Shown in pieces: positions 36,959 to 47,332 of a stretch of DNA of 64,000 nt. The position numbers were made by a program, and so were the translations under genes. This DNA comes from an uncultured Pseudomonadota bacterium (GTDB taxonomy: Bacteria > Pseudomonadota > Alphaproteobacteria > Rs-D84): assembly GCA_902774285.1 (NCBI GenBank), contig CACYHO010000001.1, forward strand, positions 73,303 to 137,302, in the 5' to 3' direction. The notes under the pieces are model-generated. The model was given only the letters and a program-made list of their open reading frames with translations. It was not told where the DNA came from and did not search any database. How positions within the stretch are numbered: position 1 is the stretch's first letter; the number at the start of each line of letters is the position of its first letter.

Positions 36959-37876
36959 ATGAATTGGAAACTTAAAAAATTTCTTTGCAATATTCTTGCT
37001 ATGACAGCTTTTACAAAAACACACAGAAGACAGATACGCGACAGATTAATGTTCTATGATTTTATCAAAGAGACCAATATCCCAACGGTTGCATCACCAT
37101 CTGTCCCTGTAAAAAGCAAAACAAAAATAAATGTAGCATTTTGTTCTGATAAACGTGGAATCAAATTGGCTGCTGTTTCGATAAAATCATTACTAAATGT
37201 TTCAAAAGGCAAATGTGATTACAACATATATTGTGTAATTGATGAGGACGCAAACATAAAAGAAAAAAAATCTTTATCTGATTTAGTCAAAGGAACAGGT
37301 TCCACAATTACATTTTTAAAACCAAACAAGGACTTTGATAAATCTTATCTTGAAGGTTGGACCAAAGCCATTTATTATCGCACTATGTTGCCAGCCCTGT
37401 TACCAAAGGTTGATAAAATAATTTACGCAGATATCGACGTGATATTCTGTAACGATTTGATAGAAGCATATAATTTTGATATGGGTAATAACTATATTGG
37501 CGGTGTAAAAACATTTGCAGACGGTTATATAAATTCTGGTTTTTTAATAATGAATTTAAAACAAATCCGCAAAGACAAACTTTATAAAAAATGGATTTCT
37601 GTATCACAAAAAGAAAAGTATCCTAATCCAGATCAAGATTTATTGAACTATACTTGCAAAGGGCGAATTTTATATTTACCTTTGAAATATAACTTTCAAA
37701 CTATGGATGGGGCAAACATATACAAATGTCATCCACAATGGGAAATACAGGATATTCAATATCATTTAGTTGTGTTGCATTTTTCTAATTGGATGAAACC
37801 ATGGCACGAAAAGAAAAACCGACCAATTTTTGAAGAACTATGGTGGAAATACGCCAAACAAACAGGGTTATGGTAA
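36959..37876 (+). CDS. Family 8 glycosyltransferase (LPS/LOS glycosyl transferase-like)
   Basis: INVAFCSD, YYRTMLP, IIYADIDV (DxD), NSGFLIMNL and HFSNWMKPW are typical GT8 (RfaI/J, LgtC-like) motifs. Confidence 0.75.
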   Translation: MNWKLKKFLCNILAMTAFTKTHRRQIRDRLMFYDFIKETNIPTVASPSVPVKSKTKINVAFCSDKRGIKLAAVSIKSLLNVSKGKCDYNIYCVIDEDANIKEKKSLSDLVKGTGSTITFLKPNKDFDKSYLEGWTKAIYYRTMLPALLPKVDKIIYADIDVIFCNDLIEAYNFDMGNNYIGGVKTFADGYINSGFLIMNLKQIRKDKLYKKWISVSQKEKYPNPDQDLLNYTCKGRILYLPLKYNFQTMDGANIYKCHPQWEIQDIQYHLVVLHFSNWMKPWHEKKNRPIFEELWWKYAKQTGLW

Positions 37877-37895
37877 AATATAAAAAGGAAATATT

Positions 37896-38768
37896 ATGAA
37901 AAAACCTTTATTTACAGTTGTTGTTCCAATATATAACGCATCTAAATTTATTCGCAAAGCAATGGAACATCTTGTCCATCAAACTTTCCAAGACTTTGAA
38001 ATAATCATTGTTGATGATGGTTCAACTGACAACAGTGCACAAATTATTAAAGATTACGCTAAACATGATAAACGCATAAAATTAATACAACAAAAAAATG
38101 CCGGCGTTTCCGCTGCATCTAATACAGGCATCAAGGCTGCAAGTGGCGAATATGTGTGCATACACGACCATGATGATTTTGTAAATCTTGATTATTTTGA
38201 AAAAATGGCGGTTGCTGCAAATCAAACACATGCGGATATTTTATGTGGCGAAGTTAACGAACCAGGTTGGTCTTTTCCAGAATTTACACACATTCAAATT
38301 GCGACATCTCTATCCGATAAAATCTTTATAACACATGCCAACGCTTTTAACTGCGCATGGCGTTATGCTTATAAAACAGAATTTTTGCGTAAAACAAAAT
38401 TATTGTTTGAAACATCTGTTTGGGGCGCCCAAGATGTTATATTTTCCAAATCTGCAATTGTATTAGCAGACACAGTGGCAACTGTTCCTGGTGCTATATA
38501 CAACGTTGTTGATCAACCAACATCTCTTGGTAAAGACAACAAAAAGAAAAACGCACACTGTACTGCTGAAACAGCAAAAGCATGGCAAAGATATGCCGAA
38601 TTACTGCAAAAACATGGTGCAACCGAATTATTAAACACACCAGATAAACCATCACACATTAATACATTCAAAATGTTTAATCGTGTAATCTATAAGGTAG
38701 AAATTTACCCACGTAAAAAAAGATATTTCTTGTTTGGTATAAACATAGGAACAAAACATATGGATTAA
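37896..38768 (+). CDS. Family 2 glycosyltransferase
   Basis: FTVVVPIYNASKFI...IIIVDDGSTDNS...NAGVSAASNTG...HDHDD is the classic GT2 N-terminal half. Confidence 0.85.
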   Translation: MKKPLFTVVVPIYNASKFIRKAMEHLVHQTFQDFEIIIVDDGSTDNSAQIIKDYAKHDKRIKLIQQKNAGVSAASNTGIKAASGEYVCIHDHDDFVNLDYFEKMAVAANQTHADILCGEVNEPGWSFPEFTHIQIATSLSDKIFITHANAFNCAWRYAYKTEFLRKTKLLFETSVWGAQDVIFSKSAIVLADTVATVPGAIYNVVDQPTSLGKDNKKKNAHCTAETAKAWQRYAELLQKHGATELLNTPDKPSHINTFKMFNRVIYKVEIYPRKKRYFLFGINIGTKHMD

Positions 38769-38770
38769 AA

Positions 38771-38797
38771 AAATCTCCGAAATGGGGATTTTTTTAT
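38771..38797. terminator. Bidirectional terminator hairpin
   Basis: AAATCTCC, loop GAAAT, GGGGATTT (one G-T wobble), with A/T runs on both sides, between convergent genes. Confidence 0.5.
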
Positions 38798-39714
38798 AAA
38801 TCTATATCATATGATTTGTCAGCAATTGCCGCATATACACCTGTATATCCGTGTATATATGACAATTCAAACAAATCATCAACATCCAATTTCATCATCA
38901 TTTGAAAAACAGCTTGTTCAGTTGAAACATAACCATGTTTTTTCATTATTTTGCGTGTCCTTTCAAAATCATTATAAAATCTATGAATATTATCGGCCGT
39001 TCCCATAATACTGCATGCTGGGACATCATAATCTGCATTTATCATAGCAATATCCTGTAAGTTTTGTTTTACAAGACTTTCTTTCGTAGCTAATGGAATT
39101 TTTACTGTTTTTCTGTATAGTTTATAAATAAAATTTGGAATAAAATGTGGTCTTGTTTTGCCAAGTGTTTTCGCTATCGTTATGCGAACACGTTCTGGTT
39201 TTGCTTTTATAGAACCATCCCAATTTTGCCAAAAATCTTCATAGTAAGGATTAAAAGAACCAGCGTCCAACCACATAAAATACTTTGTTTTAAACTTGTT
39301 ATTATTTGCAGCCCATTCCATCACCCAAGGTTTCGCCATAATAACTAATAAATAGTCAATCCAATCTTGGGGCGTTTTATGATGAAAAAAGAATCCGCGT
39401 TTACCATGCATGCCATCCAAAATTTTTAACCACTCATCCCTTTCTTTATAATGCGGCAAATTTGAAAACTTTATAACATGCATATCAACATATTTATCCA
39501 ATTTATTTCTTTTTATATAATCCGCCGTTTCCATATCACACCAAATGGCAACCTTTTTAAAAGTTTCTATTAAATTTTTTAGTGACGGCAAATAAAATTC
39601 TTCAAATTTTCTGTTCGCCTTTTTTATAGCCGCCAAATTATCCTGTTGTGGCATTTTAAACAACATTGTACAAAAAGTAATATCCTTTCTTTTGTTATCG
39701 TATGATATAGACAT
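38794..39714 (-). CDS. WlaTC/HtrL-like glycosyltransferase-family protein
   Basis: The ATG at 39714 follows an AAGGAAA SD (the ORF-track start at 39765 is probably too long). ITFCTMLF, VAIWCD and FMWLDAGSF resemble the HtrL/YibB family layout. Confidence 0.55.
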   Translation of the reverse strand: MSISYDNKRKDITFCTMLFKMPQQDNLAAIKKANRKFEEFYLPSLKNLIETFKKVAIWCDMETADYIKRNKLDKYVDMHVIKFSNLPHYKERDEWLKILDGMHGKRGFFFHHKTPQDWIDYLLVIMAKPWVMEWAANNNKFKTKYFMWLDAGSFNPYYEDFWQNWDGSIKAKPERVRITIAKTLGKTRPHFIPNFIYKLYRKTVKIPLATKESLVKQNLQDIAMINADYDVPACSIMGTADNIHRFYNDFERTRKIMKKHGYVSTEQAVFQMMMKLDVDDLFELSYIHGYTGVYAAIADKSYDIDL

Positions 39715-39776
39715 TATGTTTTCCTTTGTTGCAAAACGTTTATAAAACATGTATATTATAATCAAAGAATTATTTT

Positions 39777-40628
39777 ATGTCCACACATAAACGTTTATTT
39801 TTATTTGCAGGTTTTGATAAAGATTGCATTATTGACGATGCGCTGATTTATTATGTAAAGTCACTTTCAAAATACGGTGATATTGTTTTGTGTATGGATT
39901 GTGATTGTCCACAAAAAGAAATCAATAAAATAAAAAAATACGTAATTCATACTATTTCTAAAAAACATGGCGAATATGATTTTGGTTCTTACAAGCGTTG
40001 TTTTCAATATGCACGCGATAAAAAAATATTAAAAAATTATGATTATTTATATTTGGTGAACGATTCTGTTTTTGGACCAACAATTAACATAAAACAAACT
40101 TTACAAAACATAGAATCTATCAAAACTGACGCATGTGGTATTATTATTTCAAAACATAAAACACATGCTTTCATGGAATCTTGGTTTATCCGCCTTGATA
40201 AAAAAATATTTAGCTCGGATTGGTTTGCTGATTTTATGGATTCTGTAACAAAAGAACAGAACAAAGAAGACATAACCGTAAAATACGAACACGGATTAAC
40301 TAATTTAATTAAAAACAATGATTGTTCTTGGTCTGGATTACACACTGTGCGTGGTCGAAAAACATATAACAAACCAAAATATTTATTCCAACACGGTGTG
40401 CCTTTTATAAAAAAAGTGTCTTTTGTTCGACACAATGGTGCATTGGGACAACAAATTAAATATATATTGAACAATTGTGATAAAACCGCATCAAAATCAA
40501 TTATAAAAACCGCAAATCGTATATACGGGAAAAAATATATGAATTGGTTTTTGACCGACAATCCATTAAAAATATTATTTAGAAATATTCAATACAGTAT
40601 AAAGAAACTAAATAACGGTGAAATATGA
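39777..40628 (+). CDS. Rhamnan-synthesis-F (RgpF)-like polysaccharide biosynthesis protein
   Basis: LFLFAGFDKDCIIDDALIYYVKSL...GEYDFGSYK...YDYLYLVNDSVFGP matches the RgpF-family N-terminal signature. Confidence 0.6.
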   Translation: MSTHKRLFLFAGFDKDCIIDDALIYYVKSLSKYGDIVLCMDCDCPQKEINKIKKYVIHTISKKHGEYDFGSYKRCFQYARDKKILKNYDYLYLVNDSVFGPTINIKQTLQNIESIKTDACGIIISKHKTHAFMESWFIRLDKKIFSSDWFADFMDSVTKEQNKEDITVKYEHGLTNLIKNNDCSWSGLHTVRGRKTYNKPKYLFQHGVPFIKKVSFVRHNGALGQQIKYILNNCDKTASKSIIKTANRIYGKKYMNWFLTDNPLKILFRNIQYSIKKLNNGEI

Positions 40629-41464
40629 TAAAAAAACAAAAAAATATTGCAGCACTTACTATGGCACGTGATGATGAATTCTTTTTGTCACGCTGGATTG
40701 CATATTATGGAAAACAATTTGGAACTGAAAACCTGTACATCTTATTAGACGGCGAAGATCAAACAATTCCTGAAAACGCTGGACACGCACATATAACAAA
40801 ACTGCCGCATGAACAATTATCTCGCACAGCTGGTGATAAATATCGCATAAATAAATTATCTGAATTGGCGCGCGAATTATTAAAAACTTATGACATAGTT
40901 ATTGGATGTGACAGTGACGAATTTTTAATTGTCGACCCAAAACTCCATACAACTTTGTCAAAATATCTATCAAATAAAAAAATTCACATAACTCTATCAG
41001 GACTTGGATTGGATATTGGGCAACATTTGTACAATGAAGCAATATTAGACACAACTGCACCATTTTTGGAACAACGCGAATACGCCCTACTTTCAACACG
41101 TTACACAAAACCAGTTGTTATAAACAAACCAATAACATGGGGCAGTGGTTTCCACAGTATACGCCACCATAATTTCCACATAGATAAAAATTTATATCTG
41201 CTTCATTTTGGTGCGATTGATATGAATATGTTGGAAGAAAAAGCAAAAAAACGTGGATCAGATTGGTTAAAACATTTAAAAAGACGTGGCAATGGAACAA
41301 TTAATACAATCACAAAACACAAGCCAAAATCCGAAAAATGGTTGCGTATTGCACGTGTTTTACAAACATATTGTCGTCCAATATATGCTTTTCGAAAGCC
41401 AGCAATGTTTGGATTAAAACCAGTTGTAAAAATACCTGCCCGTTTCAAGAAATCTGGGATATAA
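40625..41464 (+). CDS. Glycosyltransferase family 2-like (Glyco_tranf_2_4-type) protein
   Basis: AALTMARDDEFFLSRWIAYY...LYILLDG...GCDSDEFL pattern. The start overlaps the upstream stop (ATGA). Confidence 0.55.
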   Translation: MIKKQKNIAALTMARDDEFFLSRWIAYYGKQFGTENLYILLDGEDQTIPENAGHAHITKLPHEQLSRTAGDKYRINKLSELARELLKTYDIVIGCDSDEFLIVDPKLHTTLSKYLSNKKIHITLSGLGLDIGQHLYNEAILDTTAPFLEQREYALLSTRYTKPVVINKPITWGSGFHSIRHHNFHIDKNLYLLHFGAIDMNMLEEKAKKRGSDWLKHLKRRGNGTINTITKHKPKSEKWLRIARVLQTYCRPIYAFRKPAMFGLKPVVKIPARFKKSGI

Positions 41465-42467
41465 AATTGTCAATTCTGCGTTTATATTTACGTGCACGCA
41501 TTGTTGGCGGATTATCAAAAACACCTTGTTTATATAATTTTATAAACTCTGTCTTTATTGTTTCTTTATCACTTTGTAAATCAACAGCACTTATTTTACG
41601 CATAGCAATAATAATAAAAGGCCACAAGAAATATTTTGCATAATATTTTTGTTCCCTGATATTTGCCTTTTTCTTGTATAAATCATATGACAAAGATAAC
41701 CCCTTGCAAACAGACAAAATCATATTAACCGCCTTTGAACTGTTTAGTATAGAAGACATATTCGGCATATAAAAATACAAAGGTGCACGCACAATGACCG
41801 TATGTGGTCGCATCAACATAATTTTTGACCACCAAGGAAAATCTTCCATTATAATATTTTTTTGAAACAGATTATTTTTAGCAAAATTTTTACGTAACAT
41901 TTTCAACACTGGGTAACAATGTCTTACCCTGAAAAAACCTATATCATGATTTTTTTCTGTTGAATGAAATAATATTTTATCTGTTACACAATGAGCCAGC
42001 CGACAAATGTTATATTTTTTATTATACGTGTTCGGAAAAATATTTAAAACATCAAATCCAGATAACATTTTTTGTTTTAATGAATTATGTGCTTTGTTAT
42101 CTATATCAAAAACCACCATATCAGCATTATTTTTATTTGCATAAAAATAAAGTATTTCCATGGTTTGTGGATGAATAAAATCATCACTATCCAAATACAT
42201 TATATATTCGCCTTTGGCAAAAGACAAACCTGCATTTCGCGCATCAGAAAGACCGCCATTATCTTTGTGAACAACAATAAATCTTTTATCTTTTTTGGCA
42301 TATTCATCCAAAATTTTTCCTGATTTATCAGGACTCCCATCATCAACACATATTGCCTGCCAATCTTGAAAAGTTTGACTTTTAACACTGTCCAAACATC
42401 TGCGCAAGTATTTTTCAACATTATACACAGGTATTATTATCGATATTATTGGTTTTGATAATTTCAT
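41445..42467 (-). CDS. Family 2 glycosyltransferase (tandem paralogue B)
   Basis: ISIIIPVYNVEKYLRRCLDSV...CVDDGSPDKSG...GGLSDARNAG...LDSDDF. Confidence 0.85.
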   Translation of the reverse strand: MKLSKPIISIIIPVYNVEKYLRRCLDSVKSQTFQDWQAICVDDGSPDKSGKILDEYAKKDKRFIVVHKDNGGLSDARNAGLSFAKGEYIMYLDSDDFIHPQTMEILYFYANKNNADMVVFDIDNKAHNSLKQKMLSGFDVLNIFPNTYNKKYNICRLAHCVTDKILFHSTEKNHDIGFFRVRHCYPVLKMLRKNFAKNNLFQKNIIMEDFPWWSKIMLMRPHTVIVRAPLYFYMPNMSSILNSSKAVNMILSVCKGLSLSYDLYKKKANIREQKYYAKYFLWPFIIIAMRKISAVDLQSDKETIKTEFIKLYKQGVFDNPPTMRARKYKRRIDNFISQIS

Positions 42468-43486
42468 TATTTTACACCTATAAAATCATATATTTTTTCA
42501 CGCAAATCATACCATTCATTTGGAACATAATTAAATACGCCGATATTATTCATTTCAATAAATTCTGCGCGTGCTTCATCTAATTCATCATTGGTCTTCA
42601 AATATTTCAACTTACGAAAAGCCCAATTAACAAATAACCACATAAATTGAGATTGCCATTTTTTCATTTGATATTCATCAGCTTTTTCTGCGTACAACCG
42701 ATAGGCAGTTTTTATACCGGTACATAAACTTTTCATTATTCTTAATTGTTTTGCACTTAATACTATCCCACCAAAGTTAGGTATATAATAATAAAGTGGC
42801 AATGGAATAACTGTCACACGTGGTTTTTTCAACATAATTGCAGACCACCAAGGAAAATCTTCAAACAAAATCCCCTTGATAAAAGGCGTGTCTTCAATTA
42901 AAGATTTTTTATAAAGATTTTTCCAAACCTGACAATGTTTTATCAACCATTTACGATTTGGATTTGTTTTATTATGTGCACGTTCAGTTGCCAATTCAAA
43001 AACATCATCTGTTGTTTTTGTTTTTATTTTATCAAGATTGTATCTTTTTTTAATTCCAAATGGTACAACATTGTCTGTATCTAAATGCAAAACATGGCGA
43101 ACCATCAATTGTGGACGATAAAACCTGTCATAAGTAAACGACACAATATCAGATTTATTTTTTCGTGCAGTTTCATATGCAATTTTCATGGTTTGTGGAT
43201 GAATAAAATCATCACTATCCAAATACATTATGTATTCACCTTTTGCATACGGCATACCAAAATTACGCGCATCAGACAAACCGCCGTTTTCTTTATGGAC
43301 TACAATAAATCTTTTGTCTTTTTTTGCATATTCTTCGGCAATTTCTCCAGATTTATCAGGACTGCCATCGTCAACACATATGGCTGTCCAATCTGTAAAA
43401 GTTTGATTTAAAACACTATCCAAACATCTTTTCAGATATTTCTCTACACCCCACATTGGAATGATAATTGATATCTTTGGTTTCAT
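42467..43486 (-). CDS. Family 2 glycosyltransferase (tandem paralogue A)
   Basis: ISIIIPMWGVEKYLKRCLDSV...CVDDGSPDKSG...GGLSDARNFG...LDSDDF. The N-terminal ~100 aa are nearly identical to the neighbouring gene. Confidence 0.85.
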   Translation of the reverse strand: MKPKISIIIPMWGVEKYLKRCLDSVLNQTFTDWTAICVDDGSPDKSGEIAEEYAKKDKRFIVVHKENGGLSDARNFGMPYAKGEYIMYLDSDDFIHPQTMKIAYETARKNKSDIVSFTYDRFYRPQLMVRHVLHLDTDNVVPFGIKKRYNLDKIKTKTTDDVFELATERAHNKTNPNRKWLIKHCQVWKNLYKKSLIEDTPFIKGILFEDFPWWSAIMLKKPRVTVIPLPLYYYIPNFGGIVLSAKQLRIMKSLCTGIKTAYRLYAEKADEYQMKKWQSQFMWLFVNWAFRKLKYLKTNDELDEARAEFIEMNNIGVFNYVPNEWYDLREKIYDFIGVK

Positions 43487-43499
43487 ATATTTACCTTTT

Positions 43500-44399
43500 C
43501 TACATTTTATTTATCATGACATCTGCAAAAGATCCTGGCACAGGATGTTCAGAACCACGATATGTCACCTTTTGAAAAAACGCCCCAGATGTCACTTTAT
43601 CAAATGTTTTTTGATCAAAAGGTTTGTGTTGATAATCCCACCAAAGTGAATGTGTTGGATCTTGATCAACATGTGGCATTTTAGCAAAATATTTTTTTGC
43701 CCTTTCGTCATTCATAACCAAAGTTTTAAATAACAACTGATGCATAAAATAATCAAAATTATGGTTTTCGTGCATCCAATAATCCAATATCATCGCACGC
43801 CATGCATCTAATAAATAAGCACCTTTGCGTGAACGAATAAAACAATTTTGCATAAAACTGTAAGGACTGCCAACATGTTGTCCTGCTAAATAAACAAAGA
43901 AATCTTCTTTTTCTATCCATTCGGGTAATGGCGCCGTTACAAATGCAGTAGCGTCCAACCAAATCCCACCATGTTCATACAACAATTCAACACGACAAAT
44001 GTCTGCAAAATGTGCATGTGCTATTTTACCAGTATGATATTTATCAATAATTTCTTGTGGCAAAGTTATATAATCAAAAATTGTTTTATCATCCAACACA
44101 ATCAATTCCTGTTTACAATGACGACGAACGCTACGAAAACACGCTTTCACTAAAGCCGGTGCTTTTTCTTCACCCTGAAACCAAATTGTCCATATTTTTT
44201 CGTTTTTATTGTTTTTAACAACTTTGCGTTCTTTTATAGCCGCAGCAGCAGGAAGATAACGTTTAAAATATTGCGGTATTATTTTCGATATAACATCACT
44301 GCGCACCTGACGCCTATGCACACGACTACGCCACGGCCAATTAAGAATATGCCCCCGTAAAACGACATCTGTCATTGCGAAAAATCTTGCTATATTCAT
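43500..44399 (-). CDS. Capsular-polysaccharide-synthesis (Caps_synth / OCH1-like DXD) glycosyltransferase
   Basis: IWTIWFQGEE..AP, LIVLDD, HFADICRVELLYEHGGIWLDATAFV are typical of the Caps_synth family. Confidence 0.65.
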   Translation of the reverse strand: MNIARFFAMTDVVLRGHILNWPWRSRVHRRQVRSDVISKIIPQYFKRYLPAAAAIKERKVVKNNKNEKIWTIWFQGEEKAPALVKACFRSVRRHCKQELIVLDDKTIFDYITLPQEIIDKYHTGKIAHAHFADICRVELLYEHGGIWLDATAFVTAPLPEWIEKEDFFVYLAGQHVGSPYSFMQNCFIRSRKGAYLLDAWRAMILDYWMHENHNFDYFMHQLLFKTLVMNDERAKKYFAKMPHVDQDPTHSLWWDYQHKPFDQKTFDKVTSGAFFQKVTYRGSEHPVPGSFADVMINKM

Positions 44400-44423
44400 A
44401 CCGATACTCCCTTTTTTATAAGT

Positions 44424-44445
44424 AAGCGGGCAGATTTGCCCGCTT
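44424..44445 (-). terminator. Hairpin downstream of recA (no U-tract on the recA strand)
   Basis: AAGCGGGCA (44424-44432), loop GATT, TGCCCGCTT (44437-44445), a perfect 9-bp stem 9 nt after the recA stop. Confidence 0.45.
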
Positions 44446-44453
44446 ATAAAGTA

Positions 44454-45521
44454 TTATTCAGACATACTGTCTTCGTCATCAATCGGACCAGTTGTCATTT
44501 CTTCAGCGATACCGCTAGCTTTTGCCATGATTTTATCAAGTAACTCTTTTTGGACATCTTCATGATCTTTCAACCATTGACGTGCATTTGCTTCGCCTTG
44601 TCCGATACGTTCATCATTATAAGAATAGAACGAACCAGCTTTTTCAATAAGGTTATATTTCACACCCATATCAAGTATTTCACTTATTCTCGATATGCCT
44701 TCGCCATACATAATTTTGAAATCAACTGTACGGAAAGGTGGCGCAACTTTATTTTTTACAACCTTTACACGTGTTTCATTACCAATAACGTTTTCTTTAT
44801 CTTTGATTGCACCAGTTCTGCGAATATCTAAACGAACAGAAGCATAGAATTTCAATGCATTACCACCAGATGTTGTTTCAGGACTGCCAAACATAACACC
44901 GATTTTCATACGAATTTGATTGATGAAAATTAAAAGTGTATTACTGCGTGACACAGAACCAGCCAACTTTTTCAAAGATTGTGACATTAATCTTGCAGTT
45001 GTTCCCATATAAGTATCACCAATATTACCTTCCAATTCAGCCTTTGGCACCAATGCCGCAACAGAATCAACAACAACCACATCAACCGCACCTGATTTAA
45101 TAAGAGTATCTGCGATTTCCAATGCCTGTTCACCAGAATCTGGTTGTGATATAATAAGGTTAGAAACGTCTACACCTAATTTTTTTGCATAACTTGGATC
45201 CAATGCGTTTTCTGCATCTATATAAGCACATGTACCACCTTTCTTTTGAGATTCAGCAACAGCATGTAATGCCAATGTTGTTTTACCAGAAGATTCTGGT
45301 CCATAAATTTCAACAATACGTCCTTTTGGATAACCACCAATGCCCAACGCAATATCAAGTCCCAAAGAACCTGTTGAAATTGCTTCGATGTTTTGCTGTG
45401 AACCATCGCCCATTTTCATGATGGCTTCTTTACCAAACTGTTTTTGTATTTGCGCCAAAGCTGATTCTAATGCAGGATTTTTAGCAGGCGCTGTTTCTTT
45501 AACTACTTCTTTTTTTGCCAT
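44454..45521 (-). CDS. recA: Recombinase RecA
   Basis: GPESSGKTT Walker [21 protein letters not shown] and the L2 loop region [34 protein letters not shown]. Confidence 0.97.
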   Translation of the reverse strand: MAKKEVVKETAPAKNPALESALAQIQKQFGKEAIMKMGDGSQQNIEAISTGSLGLDIALGIGGYPKGRIVEIYGPESSGKTTLALHAVAESQKKGGTCAYIDAENALDPSYAKKLGVDVSNLIISQPDSGEQALEIADTLIKSGAVDVVVVDSVAALVPKAELEGNIGDTYMGTTARLMSQSLKKLAGSVSRSNTLLIFINQIRMKIGVMFGSPETTSGGNALKFYASVRLDIRRTGAIKDKENVIGNETRVKVVKNKVAPPFRTVDFKIMYGEGISRISEILDMGVKYNLIEKAGSFYSYNDERIGQGEANARQWLKDHEDVQKELLDKIMAKASGIAEEMTTGPIDDEDSMSE

Positions 45522-45587
45522 AAAATACCCCTTTCGTTTTATACCGAAATCATACTAAGAAAAACATGTTAACGCAAGGGCTATTAT

Positions 45588-46799
45588 TTAATGTTTTGAC
45601 CATAAAACTATAGTTGACAAAACCGCCATTATTGCAGTAATCATCCAAACAGCAGATGTCGAACCAAATATTGTTATACACAACATACCTAATAACGGCG
45701 CAAAAACTTTTGGAAAATTCACACTTGTTCTAAAAACCCCATAAAAACGGGCCTGTTCTGTTTTTGGCATATCATTAAAGAATAATAAATCATGACAAGC
45801 TTCCATAAGAGCACCAGATATTTGCCACAAAACAAACAACACCAACAGTGTATATCCACTGGCAAACGTAGCAATCAATGAAAACATCCCAAACGATAAG
45901 AATCCCAAAGTCAACCATAATTTAACACCATACTTTTTCATCAGTTTACCCATAAATAAATCTAGTATTATATATGGCAGAATACCGATAGATAAAACAA
46001 GCCCCAACGTTTCATTCGAAAAACCGTTTTCCACAACAATGATTGGAACATAAAGCAAACGCATAGAACTTAACGCATAAAAACCAAAGTTAACAATATA
46101 AGCACGCAACATGCCTTGCTTTTTAAAGAACGCTTTTGCACTTATACGCAAAGCACGTATTGTCTTGTACAATTTCACAGGCTTTATTACTTTATCTTCT
46201 TGAACTATACCAAAATGTTTAAAGAACAAAAGCCCAGATATATATATCATACCAGCCGACAACAAAGGCATCCTGTAATTTCCATCAAACAAACCAACAA
46301 TCCACATAGCGAACATTGGTGCAACAAACGCACCGATATTAACCCATAACAAATACCTGGCGTTTAATTTTTCCATACCGATACCACGTGAAAAATCAGA
46401 CATAAAAAGTGGTAATAAAATACCCAACATTGTCGAAGCAAAACAAACAACATAATCAAGAATAATAAACGTTGACGGTTGCACAGAAAAACTCATCATG
46501 CAATAACAAACACCCATTGCAGCCATAGTTATATAAAGCAATCTTGTTTTTGTGAACCAACGCAATATTTCCGCAGAAAAAATTCCTACAAATACCGCAA
46601 ACATCGCATAAGCTGCCGCATATACACCAACCGCAGCAGATGCCATTTCTTCATTTAAAAAAACTTTAAAAATACCCAAAAGCACCAACGAATAAACAGC
46701 ATGAACAATCCCACTACCAAAACCAGTAAACAACCCCAGATTCGCAAAAGAAAATCCGTTCACACTATTCTTAATGGAAAGATATTTTTCCCTTCTCAC
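45588..46799 (-). CDS. MFS-type transporter
   Basis: About 12 TM helices. The GTG at 46799 is preceded by an AAGGGG SD with 5-nt spacing and is preferred to the TTG at 46832. Substrate unknown. Confidence 0.7.
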   Translation of the reverse strand: MRREKYLSIKNSVNGFSFANLGLFTGFGSGIVHAVYSLVLLGIFKVFLNEEMASAAVGVYAAAYAMFAVFVGIFSAEILRWFTKTRLLYITMAAMGVCYCMMSFSVQPSTFIILDYVVCFASTMLGILLPLFMSDFSRGIGMEKLNARYLLWVNIGAFVAPMFAMWIVGLFDGNYRMPLLSAGMIYISGLLFFKHFGIVQEDKVIKPVKLYKTIRALRISAKAFFKKQGMLRAYIVNFGFYALSSMRLLYVPIIVVENGFSNETLGLVLSIGILPYIILDLFMGKLMKKYGVKLWLTLGFLSFGMFSLIATFASGYTLLVLFVLWQISGALMEACHDLLFFNDMPKTEQARFYGVFRTSVNFPKVFAPLLGMLCITIFGSTSAVWMITAIMAVLSTIVLWSKH

Positions 46800-46852
46800 T
46801 TTAACCCCTTGGCATAAATATAGCACAAACAAATATTTTATAAACAGATTTT

Positions 46853-47332
46853 TTATTTATCAAATCTGGAAGTATTTGCATGCGTCAAAGCAATTGCAAT
46901 CGCATCACTTTCATCTGCCGTTTTTGGATGCGCTGTTGGCAATAAAATAGAAAGCATTTTATATATTTGATCTTTGTCTGCATGACCCATACCGGTCAGC
47001 GCTTTTTTTACTTTGTTTGGTTCGTATTCAAAAACAGGAATATTGTTTACAGCAACAGCTGTTATAGCGGCCGCACGCGCATGTCCCAAAAGCAATGTTG
47101 TTTTTCCATTTTTATTAACAAATATAACTTCGATACTGCATTCGGTCGGATTAAATTCTTTACATAAATCTTTAACGCCATTAAATATGAAAGCCAATCT
47201 TTCGGCCAATGTTAATTTTGTTGGCGGCAAAATAACACCACTGGCAATATACTTACGCGCCGAACCAGCAATATCTATAATTGCCCAACCAGTATGTAAA
47301 AGCCCAGGATCGATTCCTATAATTCTTTTCAT
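46853..47332 (-). CDS. ruvC: Holliday junction resolvase RuvC
   Basis: IIGIDPGLLHTGWAII, ECSIEVIFVNKN and DESDAIAIALTHA are the RuvC catalytic acidic motifs. Confidence 0.93.
   Translation of the reverse strand: MKRIIGIDPGLLHTGWAIIDIAGSARKYIASGVILPPTKLTLAERLAFIFNGVKDLCKEFNPTECSIEVIFVNKNGKTTLLLGHARAAAITAVAVNNIPVFEYEPNKVKKALTGMGHADKDQIYKMLSILLPTAHPKTADESDAIAIALTHANTSRFDK

Larger units (their letters stand above)
41445..43486 (-). repeat. Tandem duplication of a GT2 gene
   Basis: A 45-nt tract is identical at 42159-42203 and 43187-43231 (catggtttgtggatgaataaaatcatcactatccaaatacattat). The two genes abut with a 1-nt overlap. Confidence 0.8.

Noticed and set aside
44424-44445. The perfect 9-bp hairpin after recA as a regulatory or mobile palindrome.
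   Set aside because: A single copy directly after a stop codon is most simply a transcript-stabilising or terminator hairpin, even though the U-tract is on the wrong side. I kept it only as a low-confidence terminator feature.
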